Below, piece after piece: positions 9,061-19,089 of a DNA stretch of 44,428 bases. Position numbers and translations under genes: made by a program. Each line of letters opens with the position of its first letter. The first letter of the stretch is position 1. This DNA is from an uncultured Zetaproteobacteria bacterium. Lineage in GTDB: Bacteria > Pseudomonadota > Zetaproteobacteria > Mariprofundales > Mariprofundaceae. Location of the stretch: assembly GCA_964418535.1 (NCBI GenBank), contig CAYQMA010000001.1:1-44428 (forward strand), read 5' to 3'. The notes under the pieces were generated by a model. It did no database searches. It worked only from the letters and a program-made list of their open reading frames with translations, and was not told where the DNA came from.

Positions 9061-9354
9061 TCAGGTTTCGTCCTGCAGCGGCAGGTTGCGCAGGTTGTTG
9101 ACCTCGGTCTGGAGCAGCTCGTTTTCCCGCCGCAAACGGCTGATTTCACGTTTATGTTTGCGCCGCGAAAAGCTCAGCGAAAGCATGCCGCCGAGAAAGC
9201 CCAGCAGGAACGCCAGGAAGATCGGCACATACAACGGCATGCGTCCGGAAACGAAGCCGGCGAAGGCAATGGACACCCGCGTGTCGTTGGCCGTGGCAAA
9301 CAGAATGGCCAATGTGGTCAGCGCGACCACGGAAAGCGCATTGATCCAGTTCAT
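9061..9354 (-). CDS. lapA: Lipopolysaccharide assembly protein A (LapA/YciS), small 2-TM inner-membrane protein
   Basis: 97-aa product 'MNWINALSVVALTTLAILFA...LYVPIFLAFLLGFLGGMLS...' with a coiled C-terminal tail, located 5 nt upstream of lapB. The extended ORF to 9648 is rejected. Confidence 0.8.
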   Translation of the reverse strand: MNWINALSVVALTTLAILFATANDTRVSIAFAGFVSGRMPLYVPIFLAFLLGFLGGMLSLSFSRRKHKREISRLRRENELLQTEVNNLRNLPLQDET

Positions 9355-9451
9355 GTCATCGTCCCCCGTAACGGCCACAAGATAGCCGACAGGGTGAAAA
9401 AATGCAGGGGGAGAAAGCGGCGCCGGCCATGCAATCGCAAGGCCGCAAAAC

Positions 9452-9736
9452 TCAGCGGGATTGATCCACCCGCTCGCGCAGGTTCTTGCCCGGCTTGAAC
9501 TGCGGCACCACCTTGGCCGGCACATACACGGTCTCGCCGGTCTTGGGATTGCGCCCGGTGCGGGCATTGCGCTGCTTGGTGTAGAAACTGCCGAAGCCGC
9601 GCAGCTCCACGCGCTCCTGACGGGCCAACGCATCGCCAATGGCGGCAAAGATCGTGTTCACCACCACCTCAGCCTCTCGCCGCGTGATGTGCTCCTGACG
9701 GGTTGCGATAATGTCCACCAGTTCCGATTTCGTCAT
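9452..9736 (-). CDS. ihfB: Integration host factor subunit beta
   Basis: 'MTKSELVD', 'VELRGFGSF', 'RTGRNPKTGE.V.VPAK..P.FKPGK' is the HU/IHF fold signature. The ATG overlaps the rpsA stop (ATGA). Confidence 0.93.
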   Translation of the reverse strand: MTKSELVDIIATRQEHITRREAEVVVNTIFAAIGDALARQERVELRGFGSFYTKQRNARTGRNPKTGETVYVPAKVVPQFKPGKNLRERVDQSR

Positions 9737-11529
9737 GATTTCCCTCCTCCGTTCGAGCGATTGAGCAACTTGCGTTGCAACTCCAGCGCCAGCGCCGACG
9801 GTTCATCCTTGCGGGAGACGGATTGCGCATAGTTGCGAATCGCCTCACGCTCCTCATCGCGCAACAACTGCCGCACCGAAAGCCGCACCCGCCGCCGCTT
9901 GCGATCCAGCTCGATGATCTTGGCCTCGACCTCGGCGCCGAGTTCCAGTTCGGCAGCATCCTTCGGCAACTCCCGCGTCGACAACCAGCCTTCCACGCCC
10001 GGCGCCAGTTCAATCACATAGCCGCCAGACGCCACTTCCTTCACCTTGCCGGACACGCGCGAACCGCGCGAGGCATGAGCCAAAAACACCTCGAACGGGT
10101 CATCTTCCAGTTGTTTGATGCCCAGTGAAATGCGCCCGCGATCCACATCCACGCCCAGCACCACGCATTCCACCTCGTCGCCCTTGGAAAAGCGCTTGAT
10201 GGCCTCGCTGCCAGGTTCGTGCCAGGACAGATTGCCGATATGCACCAAACCGTCCAACTCCTCATTCAAACGCACGAACATCCCGAAATCCGTCTTGCTC
10301 CTCACCGTGCCACGCACGCGCGAACCGGCGGGGTGCTCGGCCATCCATGCCTGCCAGGGATTCTCCATCACATTTTTCAGGCTCAGCGCGATGCGGCGTT
10401 TGCCGGCATCCACGCCCAGCACTTCGACATCCACGACATCGCCCTCGGCCAGCACGCTTTCAGGCTTCACGTCCTGACGGGTCCAGCTCATCTCCGAGCG
10501 ATGGATCATGCCCTCCACGCCCGGCTCCAGCTCGACCATCGCGCCGTAATCCAGCAACTTGCGCACCGTTCCGGTCACCCGCATGCCGGCTTGATATTTT
10601 TCCGCCGCCTTCGCCCACGGATCCTCCTGCAAGGCGCGCATCGACAGCGACACCTTGCCGGCTTCGGCATCCAGCTTGATGATTTCGGCCGTAATCTGCT
10701 GGCCCACCTGCAGGGCCTCGGACGGATGCTTGAGGCGTCGCCATGAAATATCCGACACATGCAGCAGCGCATCCACGCCGCCCACATCCACAAAGGCGCC
10801 GAAATCCGCCAGCCGCCGCACCACGCCGCTGACCCGGTCGCCCACACGAGCCGACTCGAAAAACGACCGCCGTTTCTCCTCCAGCTCACGCAACAACGGC
10901 TGCTTGCGGGACACCACGATGTTCTCGGGTTTGCGCGTCGCCGTCAGCACCGTCACCTGAATCGTTCGGCCCAACATCTCCGCCGGATTCACCGGGGTCA
11001 CGTCAATCTCCGACCGCGGCAAAAAGGCTTCCAGCCCTCCCAGATTCACACGCAAGCCGCCCTTGACCTCGGCCGTCACGCGCGCATCCAGCGTGGAAGC
11101 GCTCGCCAGCGCGTCCTCCACGCGCGCCCAGAGCCGTTGCCGGCGCGCCGCCAATGCCGAGACGCGCACCCCTTGCGCGCCCGACAGCGACTGCACCAGC
11201 ACTTCAATGGCATCGCCGGCCTCGGGCAAGGGCTCGCCCATCTGCTCGAACTCGCAGGCCGGCACCACGCCCTCGTTCTTGGCGCCCACATCCACCAGCA
11301 CGCCCTCGCCGTCCACGGCGACCACCACGCCGCTAACCACCTCGCCGGCGGTCGCAATCGGGTGCTCCTTCAGCGACTCCTCGAGCATCTGGCGGAACAG
11401 GGCATCGTCGCCCCCATCCGCGCCCGACTCCTGATTGGACGAATCAACAGCAGGCGATTCCTCGAAGGGTGGCTCCTGCGTCGCCTCGCTGACCGGGCTG
11501 GTTTCGTTGGATTTGGCGGTTTGGGTCAT
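9733..11529 (-). CDS. rpsA: 30S ribosomal protein S1, with an acidic, Ser-rich N-terminal extension of roughly 40 residues
   Basis: Repeated S1 domains ('GEVVSGVVVAVDGEGVLVDVG', 'GDRVSGVVRRLADFGAFVDVGG', 'GMRVTGTVRKLLDYGAMVEL', 'GSRVRGTVRSKTDFGMFVRL'). GAGGA SD 7 nt upstream of the ATG at 11529. Confidence 0.93.
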   Translation of the reverse strand: MTQTAKSNETSPVSEATQEPPFEESPAVDSSNQESGADGGDDALFRQMLEESLKEHPIATAGEVVSGVVVAVDGEGVLVDVGAKNEGVVPACEFEQMGEPLPEAGDAIEVLVQSLSGAQGVRVSALAARRQRLWARVEDALASASTLDARVTAEVKGGLRVNLGGLEAFLPRSEIDVTPVNPAEMLGRTIQVTVLTATRKPENIVVSRKQPLLRELEEKRRSFFESARVGDRVSGVVRRLADFGAFVDVGGVDALLHVSDISWRRLKHPSEALQVGQQITAEIIKLDAEAGKVSLSMRALQEDPWAKAAEKYQAGMRVTGTVRKLLDYGAMVELEPGVEGMIHRSEMSWTRQDVKPESVLAEGDVVDVEVLGVDAGKRRIALSLKNVMENPWQAWMAEHPAGSRVRGTVRSKTDFGMFVRLNEELDGLVHIGNLSWHEPGSEAIKRFSKGDEVECVVLGVDVDRGRISLGIKQLEDDPFEVFLAHASRGSRVSGKVKEVASGGYVIELAPGVEGWLSTRELPKDAAELELGAEVEAKIIELDRKRRRVRLSVRQLLRDEEREAIRNYAQSVSRKDEPSALALELQRKLLNRSNGGGKS

Positions 11530-11587
11530 GAATGGTTCCTCGTTGCTTCAGGCTGGAATGTTCGGGCGCGGCACGCGCATCGCGGCA

Positions 11588-12280
11588 TCAGGCCCGGCGG
11601 ACAAGCCCCCGGCGTTCCATGATGGCCAACATCCGATCCACCACTTCATCCACTCGCATGGTTGTGGAATCGATGCGTATGGCATCTTCGGCCTGCGCAA
11701 GCGGCGCATGCGCCCTTCCGGCATCCTGTGCGTCACGCATTCTGATGTCGTGATGCACAGCGTCAAGGTCAATCTCGGGGTCGCGTTCCCTTAGCTGCCG
11801 CCAGCGGCGCCTGGCGCGCTCCCGTTCCGACGCGGTCAGAAAAAACTTCGCCTCTGCATCGGGCAAGACCACCGTGCCGATATCCCGCCCGTCCATCACG
11901 CAACCCGTGGCCGCGCAACGCCGCTGCACCTCCAGCAGCCGCTCGCGCACCCGCGGCATGGCCGCCACACGGGAGGCCCAGGCGCCGACATCCTCGCCAC
12001 GCAATGCGTCCGTCACCTCGTTCTCGCCATCCAGAATGCCCGCCTCGCGCCAGCGCATGCTCGCCAGCGCATCATCCAGCGCCGCCAGCACCGCATTTTC
12101 GTCGTCCAGGGACACGCCCATGCGATTGAGCTTCCAAGCCACAAAACGATAGAGCAGCCCCGTATCCAGCACCGGCAGACCCAAGGCACGCGCCAACGCT
12201 CCCGCCACCGTGCCCTTGCCGGAGCCGGAAGGGCCGTCAATGGCCACCTTCAAACCCGGAACCGGAATCCACTCAGCCAT
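11588..12280 (-). CDS. cmk: Cytidylate kinase
   Basis: P-loop 'IDGPSGSGKGT' and cmk position between aroA and rpsA. The ATG at 12280 shares one nt with the aroA TGA (TGATG). The TTG at 12292 is an alternative start. Confidence 0.9.
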   Translation of the reverse strand: MAEWIPVPGLKVAIDGPSGSGKGTVAGALARALGLPVLDTGLLYRFVAWKLNRMGVSLDDENAVLAALDDALASMRWREAGILDGENEVTDALRGEDVGAWASRVAAMPRVRERLLEVQRRCAATGCVMDGRDIGTVVLPDAEAKFFLTASERERARRRWRQLRERDPEIDLDAVHHDIRMRDAQDAGRAHAPLAQAEDAIRIDSTTMRVDEVVDRMLAIMERRGLVRRA

Positions 12281-13611
12281 CAATCGCCCCAACGGACGTT
12301 CATGCCGATATGCTGCGCCATGGGCACGAAATCCGGGAAACTGGTTGCAATGGCGGCCGCATTCCGGATCACGATTTCGTCATCGGCGCGCTGGGCGGCC
12401 ACCGCCATGGCCATCGCCACCCGATGATCGCCGAGCGCATCCACCGTCGTGCCGCCCTTCAAACCCGGAACGCCGCGGATGCGCACGCCATCCTCCCGCT
12501 CCTCGATGTCCGCGCCGCAGGCCGACAGTGCCTCGGCCATCGCCGCAATGCGATCCGATTCCTTGACACGGAGTTCGCGCGCGCCTTCCAGCACGAACTC
12601 GCCTTGCGCCAGCGCGGCCGCCACAAACAGCACCGGAAACTCGTCAATCGCATCGGGAATGTCCGCCTCATTCACATGCACGCCCGCCAGATCGCCGCAG
12701 GAAGCCACGATATCCGCCACCGGCTCCTCGCCCACGGCGGTCTCATGCTCCAGCGCAAGAGGCGCGCCCATCGCGGTCAGAATGCGTCGCCAGCCATCGC
12801 GCCGGGGATTGACGCCCACGCCCGTCAGGCGCACCCGCGAGTCCGGCGTCAGCGCCGCAGCCACCGCAAAAAACGCCGCCGATGAAGGATCGGCCGGCAC
12901 CTCGAGTTCAGAATCCGGCGCGGTGAGCCGTCCGGTCGGCGAGAGGCGGATGCCGCCGTCCTCCAGCTGGCGCACCGGTTGACCGAACAAGGGCAACATG
13001 CGCTCGGTGTGATCGCGCGAAGGCCGTGGCTCATACACGGTGATGTCGCCCCGGGCATAGAGGCCGGCCAGCAGCACGCAGGATTTCACCTGCGCACTGG
13101 CCACTTCCGAGCGGTGTTCAATCGCCTGCAGCGGCCTGCCTTCCACGGTCAGCGGCAGCCGGTTGCCGTCCTCCGGGCCGGTGATGCGCGCGCCCATCCG
13201 GCGCAGCGGCGCAACCACCCGTTTCATCGGCCGGCGACGCAGCGAGGCGTCGCCAGTGATGGTGCTGGTGAACGACTGCCCGGCCAGAATGCCCAGCATC
13301 AGACGCGCGCAAGTGCCGGCATTGCCGGCATCCAGCACATCGTCCGGCGGCGTCAGGCCGTGCAAGCCCACGCCATGGATGCGCAACCGGGTCTGCGCCT
13401 CGTTCAGCCATTCGATGCGCACGCCCATCTGTCCGAAGATGCGCGCCGTGGCCAGGTTGTCCTCGCCGGCAAGAAATCCGCGCACCTCGGTCACGCCATC
13501 GGCCAGCGCCCCCAACATCACCGCACGGTGCGAAATGGACTTGTCGCCGGGCGGCCGCAGACTGCCCGACAATGCGGTCTTCGCCGGACCGGCGATCAGC
13601 GTATTCCGCAT
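12280..13611 (-). CDS. aroA: 3-phosphoshikimate 1-carboxyvinyltransferase (EPSP synthase)
   Basis: 'PGDKSISHRAVMLGALA', 'NAGTCARL', 'LRRRPM', 'LRVKESDRI', 'DHRVAMA'. ATG at 13611 ('MRNTLIAG') lies 2 nt after the tyrA stop. Confidence 0.93.
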   Translation of the reverse strand: MRNTLIAGPAKTALSGSLRPPGDKSISHRAVMLGALADGVTEVRGFLAGEDNLATARIFGQMGVRIEWLNEAQTRLRIHGVGLHGLTPPDDVLDAGNAGTCARLMLGILAGQSFTSTITGDASLRRRPMKRVVAPLRRMGARITGPEDGNRLPLTVEGRPLQAIEHRSEVASAQVKSCVLLAGLYARGDITVYEPRPSRDHTERMLPLFGQPVRQLEDGGIRLSPTGRLTAPDSELEVPADPSSAAFFAVAAALTPDSRVRLTGVGVNPRRDGWRRILTAMGAPLALEHETAVGEEPVADIVASCGDLAGVHVNEADIPDAIDEFPVLFVAAALAQGEFVLEGARELRVKESDRIAAMAEALSACGADIEEREDGVRIRGVPGLKGGTTVDALGDHRVAMAMAVAAQRADDEIVIRNAAAIATSFPDFVPMAQHIGMNVRWGD

Positions 13612-13613
13612 CT

Positions 13614-14507
13614 TCACTCTCCCTGACTCCGGCGCATCAACCAATCGTCGCGCGCCACCTTGGCGGCGGTAAAGGCCCCCAGCAGCGCATCGCCGTCCCG
13701 ATTCTCCAGCGCCATCTTCAGCGCGTTCAGCTCCGTTTGATACAGCTCAAGCTGCCGCAGCAGGGCCTCGCGATTGGCCAGCGCAATATCCCGCCACATC
13801 ACCGGCGAGGAAGAGGCGATGCGCGTAAAATCGCGAAACCCGCCGGCCGCAAACCGAAAGGGATCATGCCCCTCGTCGCCCTGCTTGCGCACTGCATTCA
13901 CCAACGCATATGCCGCCAGATGCGGCAAATGGCTCACGGCGGCCAGGAAGGCATCGTGATCGGCAGCCTCCATCCGCGTCACTCTAGCGCCCGTGGCTTC
14001 CCACATCGCCGCCACGCGTTCCGTCACCGCCTCATCGGTCGCATCCGTTGGCGTCAGCACGCACCAGTGATCGGCAAAGAGATCGGCGCATGAAGCCTCC
14101 ACCCCCGATCGTTCGGCGCCGGCCACCGGATGCGCCGGCACGAACCGCGCCAGTTGATCCGCATCCAGATGCCGGCGGGCGGCCGTCAGGGCCTGTTGCT
14201 TGGTGCTGCCCGCATCGGTCATGAGCGCGTCCGGTCGCACCGCGCCCGCCAACGCCTCGAACACACCATCATACGCCCCCATCGGCACGCAAACAGCCAC
14301 CACGTCGGCATCGCGGACGCCTTCGGCAATCGAGGTCGCCGTCGCATCCACCACGCCCAATTCACGGGCGCGCGCCAGGTGATCGACGTTCCGGCCGATG
14401 CCCGTTACATGATCCACCGCCCCCGCCGCGCGCAGCGCCCGGGCCAGCGAGCCGCCGATCAGCCCCACGCCAATCACCGCCAGCCGTTCCACATGAAAGC
14501 CGCTCAC
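13614..14507 (-). CDS. tyrA: Prephenate (or arogenate) dehydrogenase
   Basis: Rossmann motif 'LAVIGVGLIGGSLA', 'GAHPVAG'-like 'VPAHPVAGAE', and location in the aromatic amino-acid cluster. The GTG start overlaps the hisC stop. Confidence 0.85.
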   Translation of the reverse strand: MSGFHVERLAVIGVGLIGGSLARALRAAGAVDHVTGIGRNVDHLARARELGVVDATATSIAEGVRDADVVAVCVPMGAYDGVFEALAGAVRPDALMTDAGSTKQQALTAARRHLDADQLARFVPAHPVAGAERSGVEASCADLFADHWCVLTPTDATDEAVTERVAAMWEATGARVTRMEAADHDAFLAAVSHLPHLAAYALVNAVRKQGDEGHDPFRFAAGGFRDFTRIASSSPVMWRDIALANREALLRQLELYQTELNALKMALENRDGDALLGAFTAAKVARDDWLMRRSQGE

Positions 14508-15604
14508 CCTTCCTCCAATGCATGCGCCAGCGCCTGCAGAAACCGTTCATTTTCAGGCCTTGTTCCCACCGTCACGCGCAGATAGTCGGACATGCCATAC
14601 GGCGCCAGGGGCCTGGGAATCACGCCCGCATCTTCAAGCAGGTTCGCAAGCTGAATCGCGCGAGGATGCGACAGCAGCACGAAATTGCCATGCGAGGGCG
14701 CGGCCAGCAGCCCCATGTCAGCCAGCGCCGCTTCCAGCCGCCGGCGCTCCTCGATCACGCGCGCCACCCCCTCGGCCATCCATTCGCCATCGCCCAGCGC
14801 GGCCAGCGCCGCGACCTGCGCCAGCGCATTGACATTGAACGGCTCGCGAAACCGCCCCACGACTTCCAGCAAGGCCGGATCGCCCACCCCGTAACCGATG
14901 CGCAAGCCGGCCAGCCCCCAGGCCTTGGAAAAGGTGCGGCAAATCACCAGCCCCGGATGGGTCAGCCGGCCAATGCTCTCGTCCGTTTCCCGGACGACGT
15001 ATTCGTGATAGGCCTCATCCAGCAGCACGACGACATCGCGCGGCAAGGCATCGAGAAACGACTGCAGGGCATCCAGCCCATGCAGGGTGCCAGTCGGGTT
15101 GTTCGGATTGGCGACGCAGACCACCTTGGTTCGCGCATCCACCGCCTGCGCCATCGCTTCGAGATCATGGCTCAGCCCGTCCGCTTCCGGCACCGCCACC
15201 GGCACAGCCCCCGCCGCCACCGTGGCCAGGCGATAGACAATGAATGCGCGCTCGGAAAACACCACCGCATCGCCCGGCCCGGCAAAGGCGCGGATCAATA
15301 GCTCCAGCACCTCGTTGGAACCGTTGCCAACCAGAATATGGGCCGGCGTCACCCCGTGGCGCTCGGCCAGCGCCTGTCTTAACGCCGAAGCGTCGCCATC
15401 GGGGTAGCGATGCACCTCCGCCGCCGCGCGGCGCACGGCCGCCACCGCCTTGGGCGAAGGGCCGAACGGGTTTTCGTTGGACGCCAGCTTTACGGCTTCG
15501 CGAATCCCCTTCTCGGCCAGCAGGCGCTCCACGGGCTTGCCCGGCACATAGGGATGCAGTCGCGCCGCCTGCGTCACCGCGCGCCCCAGCCAGTTCACGC
15601 TCAT
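14504..15604 (-). CDS. hisC: Histidinol-phosphate / aromatic aminotransferase (class II PLP enzyme)
   Basis: 'KLASNENPFGPSP', 'YPDG', 'NPNNPTG', 'RTFSKAWGLAGLRIGY' (PLP lysine motif). Confidence 0.9.
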   Translation of the reverse strand: MSVNWLGRAVTQAARLHPYVPGKPVERLLAEKGIREAVKLASNENPFGPSPKAVAAVRRAAAEVHRYPDGDASALRQALAERHGVTPAHILVGNGSNEVLELLIRAFAGPGDAVVFSERAFIVYRLATVAAGAVPVAVPEADGLSHDLEAMAQAVDARTKVVCVANPNNPTGTLHGLDALQSFLDALPRDVVVLLDEAYHEYVVRETDESIGRLTHPGLVICRTFSKAWGLAGLRIGYGVGDPALLEVVGRFREPFNVNALAQVAALAALGDGEWMAEGVARVIEERRRLEAALADMGLLAAPSHGNFVLLSHPRAIQLANLLEDAGVIPRPLAPYGMSDYLRVTVGTRPENERFLQALAHALEEG

Positions 15605-16702
15605 TTACAGCGGTTCCGCAACGGGATAGGAACCCAACACTTTCAGAAAGCTGTCTGGCATCGCGCGCACAGCCTCCAGCGCCTCGGCCACCTGATCGTC
15701 CTTGCGATGGCCCTGCAAGTCGGCGAAGAACACATATTCCCACATCCGCCGCCGCGTGGGACGCGATTCGATACGGGTCAGACCGATGCCGCGCTCGCGG
15801 AACGGCTCCAGCAGATCATGCAGCGCCCCCGGCCGGTTCGGCGCCGACATCACAATAGCCGTCTTGTCGTTGCCCGAAGGCGGCGAGTCATGCTGGCCGA
15901 TGACCAGAAAGCGGGTGATGTTGTCATGATGATCCTCGATATTTTCCACCAACACCGGCATCTCCAGCCGCTCGGCGGTCTGCAGCGAAGCGATGGCAGC
16001 GGCGCCCGGTTCATGCTTCGCGCGCTCGGCCGCAGCGGCTGTGGACTCCACACTCTCCAGCCGCGCATGCGGCAGATGCGCCTGCAACCAGTCGCGACAC
16101 TGTCCCAGCGCCTCGGCCTTGGAATAGACCACACGCACCTCATCGAGCGCCGCGGCCTCCGTCAGCAGGTGATGATGAATGCCGAGCAACACTTCGGCGC
16201 AGATGGACACGCCGCGATCCACGAACAGATCGAGCGTATGCGTAACCGCGCCCTCAAATGCATTTTCCACCGGCACCACGCCATAGGTGACGCGCCCGGA
16301 CTCCACTTCGTCGAAGATTTCGTCGAAATTGCGACAGGCCACATAGCGCGCACCGGCGCCGAACTGCTTGCGCGCCGCCACATGCGTAAACGTGCTCTCC
16401 GGCCCGAGAAATGCGACCGACAGCGGCTGTTCCAGCGTCAGGCAGGCGCCGATGATCTCGCGAAAGATGCCATGCATCGCGGCATCGGAAATCGGGCCGT
16501 CGTTGCCGGCCAGAATGCGGCGGATAATCTGCGCCTCCCGACTCGGCACATAAAAGGGCGTATCGCCCCCATCCTCCTTGATGCGCCCAACCTCGGCGGC
16601 CAGCTCCGCCCGTCGCCGGATCAACGCCACCAACTCATCGTCCACGGCGTCGATCGCCGCACGCAATCGCGCCAACTCCCGTCTGCGTGCCTCGTCGGTC
16701 AT
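15605..16702 (-). CDS. pheA: Bifunctional chorismate mutase / prephenate dehydratase (P-protein)
   Basis: N-terminal CM domain 'LRAAIDAVDDELVALIRRR', PDT domain 'VAFLGPESTFTH', 'TRFLVIG', and ACT region 'ESRP'. ATG at 16702 ('MTDEARR') overlaps the hisS stop (ATGA). The 16930 start is rejected. Confidence 0.9.
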   Translation of the reverse strand: MTDEARRRELARLRAAIDAVDDELVALIRRRAELAAEVGRIKEDGGDTPFYVPSREAQIIRRILAGNDGPISDAAMHGIFREIIGACLTLEQPLSVAFLGPESTFTHVAARKQFGAGARYVACRNFDEIFDEVESGRVTYGVVPVENAFEGAVTHTLDLFVDRGVSICAEVLLGIHHHLLTEAAALDEVRVVYSKAEALGQCRDWLQAHLPHARLESVESTAAAAERAKHEPGAAAIASLQTAERLEMPVLVENIEDHHDNITRFLVIGQHDSPPSGNDKTAIVMSAPNRPGALHDLLEPFRERGIGLTRIESRPTRRRMWEYVFFADLQGHRKDDQVAEALEAVRAMPDSFLKVLGSYPVAEPL

Positions 16703-17976
16703 GGGCGCGAAGCTATCCCGCCGGCATCCGGACGCAACGTTGCGTGGCAGCGCTCCACCGCGTCTTCCAGTGTCAACGTCTGTTGCTCGCCACTGTGCAT
16801 GTCCTTCCAGCTCAACATGCCGCGGGCCGCCTCCTCCTCGCCGATCACCGCCACAAAGCGCACGCCCTCGCGATCGGCCACCTTGAACTGCCGCCTGGCC
16901 GAACCGCCGCCGCAATACACCACCGCGCACCCGGCCTCGCGCAAGGCATGCGCGGCCTTCAACGCTGGCGTCACCGCCGCCTCGCCCAGCGCCACCACGC
17001 CCACATCCGGCGCTTCGGCCGGCATGTCCGGCAACAGCATCGCCAGCCGCTCCAGGCCAGCGGCAAACCCGACCGCCGGCGTTGGCGGCCCGCCCAGTTC
17101 CTCCACCAGGCCGTCGTAGCGACCGCCGGCCAACACCGTGCCCTGAGCGCCCAGTTGATCGGTGACGATTTCAAAGGCGGTGCGGCTGTAGTAATCAAGC
17201 CCGCGCACAATGCGCGGATTGACCTGATAGCCCACGCCCAGAGTCTCCAGCCCTGACTTCAGGCCCTCGAAATGCGTCCGGCAATCATCGCACAGATGCG
17301 CCACCATTTCCGGCGCATCGGCCAGCGCGGCCTGGCAGGACGCCACCTTGCAGTCGAGCACGCGCATCGGATTGCTCCGGATGCGCTCGCGACAGGTCTC
17401 ACACAAGGCATCGGCGCGTGCCGAGAGCCACGCCACCAGTTGTTCGCGATAGGCGGGACGACATGCGGGGCAGCCCAGCGAATTGATTTCCAGCCGCAGG
17501 GATGCCAGCCCCAGCCGGGACAGAAAATCATGTGCCATCGCCAACAGTTCCGCATCCTCGACCGGGCCTGAAACGCCGAACCATTCCACGCCGATTTGCT
17601 GAAACTGGCGCAACCGACCTTTCTGCGGCCGTTCGCGACGGAACATCGGCCCGATATAGTACCAGCGCTGGGCGCCGGCCCGGGTCAGCCCAGCCTGCAA
17701 CCAGGCGCGCACCGCACCGGCCGTCCCCTCCGGCCGCAGGCAGATGTCATCCCCGCCCTGATCCACAAAGCGATACATCTCCTTGGACACGATGTCCGTT
17801 TCCTCGCCAATGGAGCGCACGAACAGGCCCGTGGGCTCCAGCACCGGCAGGCGAACCTCCGAGAAGGCGTAGCGCGCAAACACCTCGCGCGCCGTCCGCT
17901 CGATGTGCCGCCAGCGGCGCACCTCGTCGGGCAGGCCGTCATGAATGCCGCGAATGCTCCGGAATTTTCCACTCAT
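16699..17976 (-). CDS. hisS: Histidine--tRNA ligase
   Basis: 'RSIRGIHDGLP', 'LRPEGTAG', 'YIGPMFRRERPQKGRLRQFQQIGVE', 'GGGRYDGL'-like 'AGGRYDGLV'. ATG at 17976 ('MSGKF'). Confidence 0.93.
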   Translation of the reverse strand: MSGKFRSIRGIHDGLPDEVRRWRHIERTAREVFARYAFSEVRLPVLEPTGLFVRSIGEETDIVSKEMYRFVDQGGDDICLRPEGTAGAVRAWLQAGLTRAGAQRWYYIGPMFRRERPQKGRLRQFQQIGVEWFGVSGPVEDAELLAMAHDFLSRLGLASLRLEINSLGCPACRPAYREQLVAWLSARADALCETCRERIRSNPMRVLDCKVASCQAALADAPEMVAHLCDDCRTHFEGLKSGLETLGVGYQVNPRIVRGLDYYSRTAFEIVTDQLGAQGTVLAGGRYDGLVEELGGPPTPAVGFAAGLERLAMLLPDMPAEAPDVGVVALGEAAVTPALKAAHALREAGCAVVYCGGGSARRQFKVADREGVRFVAVIGEEEAARGMLSWKDMHSGEQQTLTLEDAVERCHATLRPDAGGIASRP

Positions 17977-17983
17977 GTCCCGC

Positions 17984-19087
17984 TCAGGCTCCCCGTTTGC
18001 GTTGCTTGCGCATGGCTTCGGCCCTTTCCTCCACCTCGGCCACCAGCCGCTCAACCAGCTCCTCGGCGCGCACCTTGCCATCCGGCTCGCCGTCGCGATA
18101 CAACAGATGCACCGGATACCCGCCCGTCACGCCAAGCGAGGCCTCGCGCGCCTCGCCGGGGCCGTTGACCACGCAACCAATCACCGCCACATCAATCGGC
18201 TCGTGGATATGCGCCAATCGCTCCTCCAGCATGGCCACGGTCTTGATGACATCGAACTTCTGCCGCGCGCAGGTGGGGCAGGCGATGATATTCACGCCGC
18301 GATGGCGCAGCCCCAGCGCCTTCAGGATTTCAAAGCCGGTGCGCACCTCGGCTTCCGGTTCGGCCGCCAGCGAGACGCGAATCGTATCGCCAATACCTTC
18401 AGCCAGCAGCAGTCCCAGCCCGATGGCGGACTTGATGCCGCCGGCAAACGGCCCGCCTGCTTCGGTGATGCCCAAATGGAAAGGATAATCCACCATGCCG
18501 GCCAGCTTGCGATAGGCGGCCACGGTCATCGGAATGTTGCTCGCCTTCAGCGACACCTTGATGTCATGAAAATCCATCGCTTCGAGGATGCGGATATGCC
18601 CCAGCGCCGACTCGACCATCGCATCGGCGCACGGCTCGCCATAGCGCTCCAGCAGAGGCTTTTCCAGCGAACCCGCATTGACGCCGATGCGAATGGACAC
18701 GCCGCGCTCGCGCGCCGCCGCCACCACGCGCTCCACTCGCGATCGTTCGCCGATATTGCCGGGATTCAACCGCAAGCCGTGCACGCCCGCCTCCAGCGCC
18801 GCCAGCGCCATCTTGTAGCTGAAATGGATGTCGGCAATGATCGGAATCTCGGTCTGGCGAAGAATCTCCGGCAACGCCGCCGCCGAATCCGGATCGGGCA
18901 CCGAAACGCGCACCAAGTCTGCGCCGGCCCGGGTCAGCCGCGCAATCTGCGCCACGGTTGCATCGATGTCGGTGGTCGGCGTGTTGGTCATGGACTGCAC
19001 CGCAATCGGCGCATCGCCGCCGATGTACACATCGCCCACGCGCAACGATCGCGTTCTTCGCCGTGGTCTGAGGATGGAATCTCGCAT
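17984..19087 (-). CDS. ispG: 4-hydroxy-3-methylbut-2-en-1-yl diphosphate synthase (flavodoxin)
   Basis: '[14 protein letters not shown]', 'LVRVSVP', 'PIIADIHF', 'RINPGNIG'-like 'RLNPGNIG', 'ACPTCAR', 'GCVVNGPGE'. ATG at 19087; the track start at 19093 is a TTG. Confidence 0.93.
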   Translation of the reverse strand: MRDSILRPRRRTRSLRVGDVYIGGDAPIAVQSMTNTPTTDIDATVAQIARLTRAGADLVRVSVPDPDSAAALPEILRQTEIPIIADIHFSYKMALAALEAGVHGLRLNPGNIGERSRVERVVAAARERGVSIRIGVNAGSLEKPLLERYGEPCADAMVESALGHIRILEAMDFHDIKVSLKASNIPMTVAAYRKLAGMVDYPFHLGITEAGGPFAGGIKSAIGLGLLLAEGIGDTIRVSLAAEPEAEVRTGFEILKALGLRHRGVNIIACPTCARQKFDVIKTVAMLEERLAHIHEPIDVAVIGCVVNGPGEAREASLGVTGGYPVHLLYRDGEPDGKVRAEELVERLVAEVEERAEAMRKQRKRGA

Positions 19088-19089
19088 GC

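Noticed and set aside
9355-9648. Extended 195-aa version of the lapA ORF, and similarly extended track starts for pyrF (7952), pheA (16930), hisS (18081), the DUF2726 gene (31619), efp (39712), the TolC-like gene (40160) and the efp-divergent hypothetical (39986)
   Set aside because: The extensions are Arg/Pro/Trp-rich and run into or across upstream genes. Internal ATG codons align with the conserved N-termini of the families and fall exactly at stop/start junctions or after good SD sequences.
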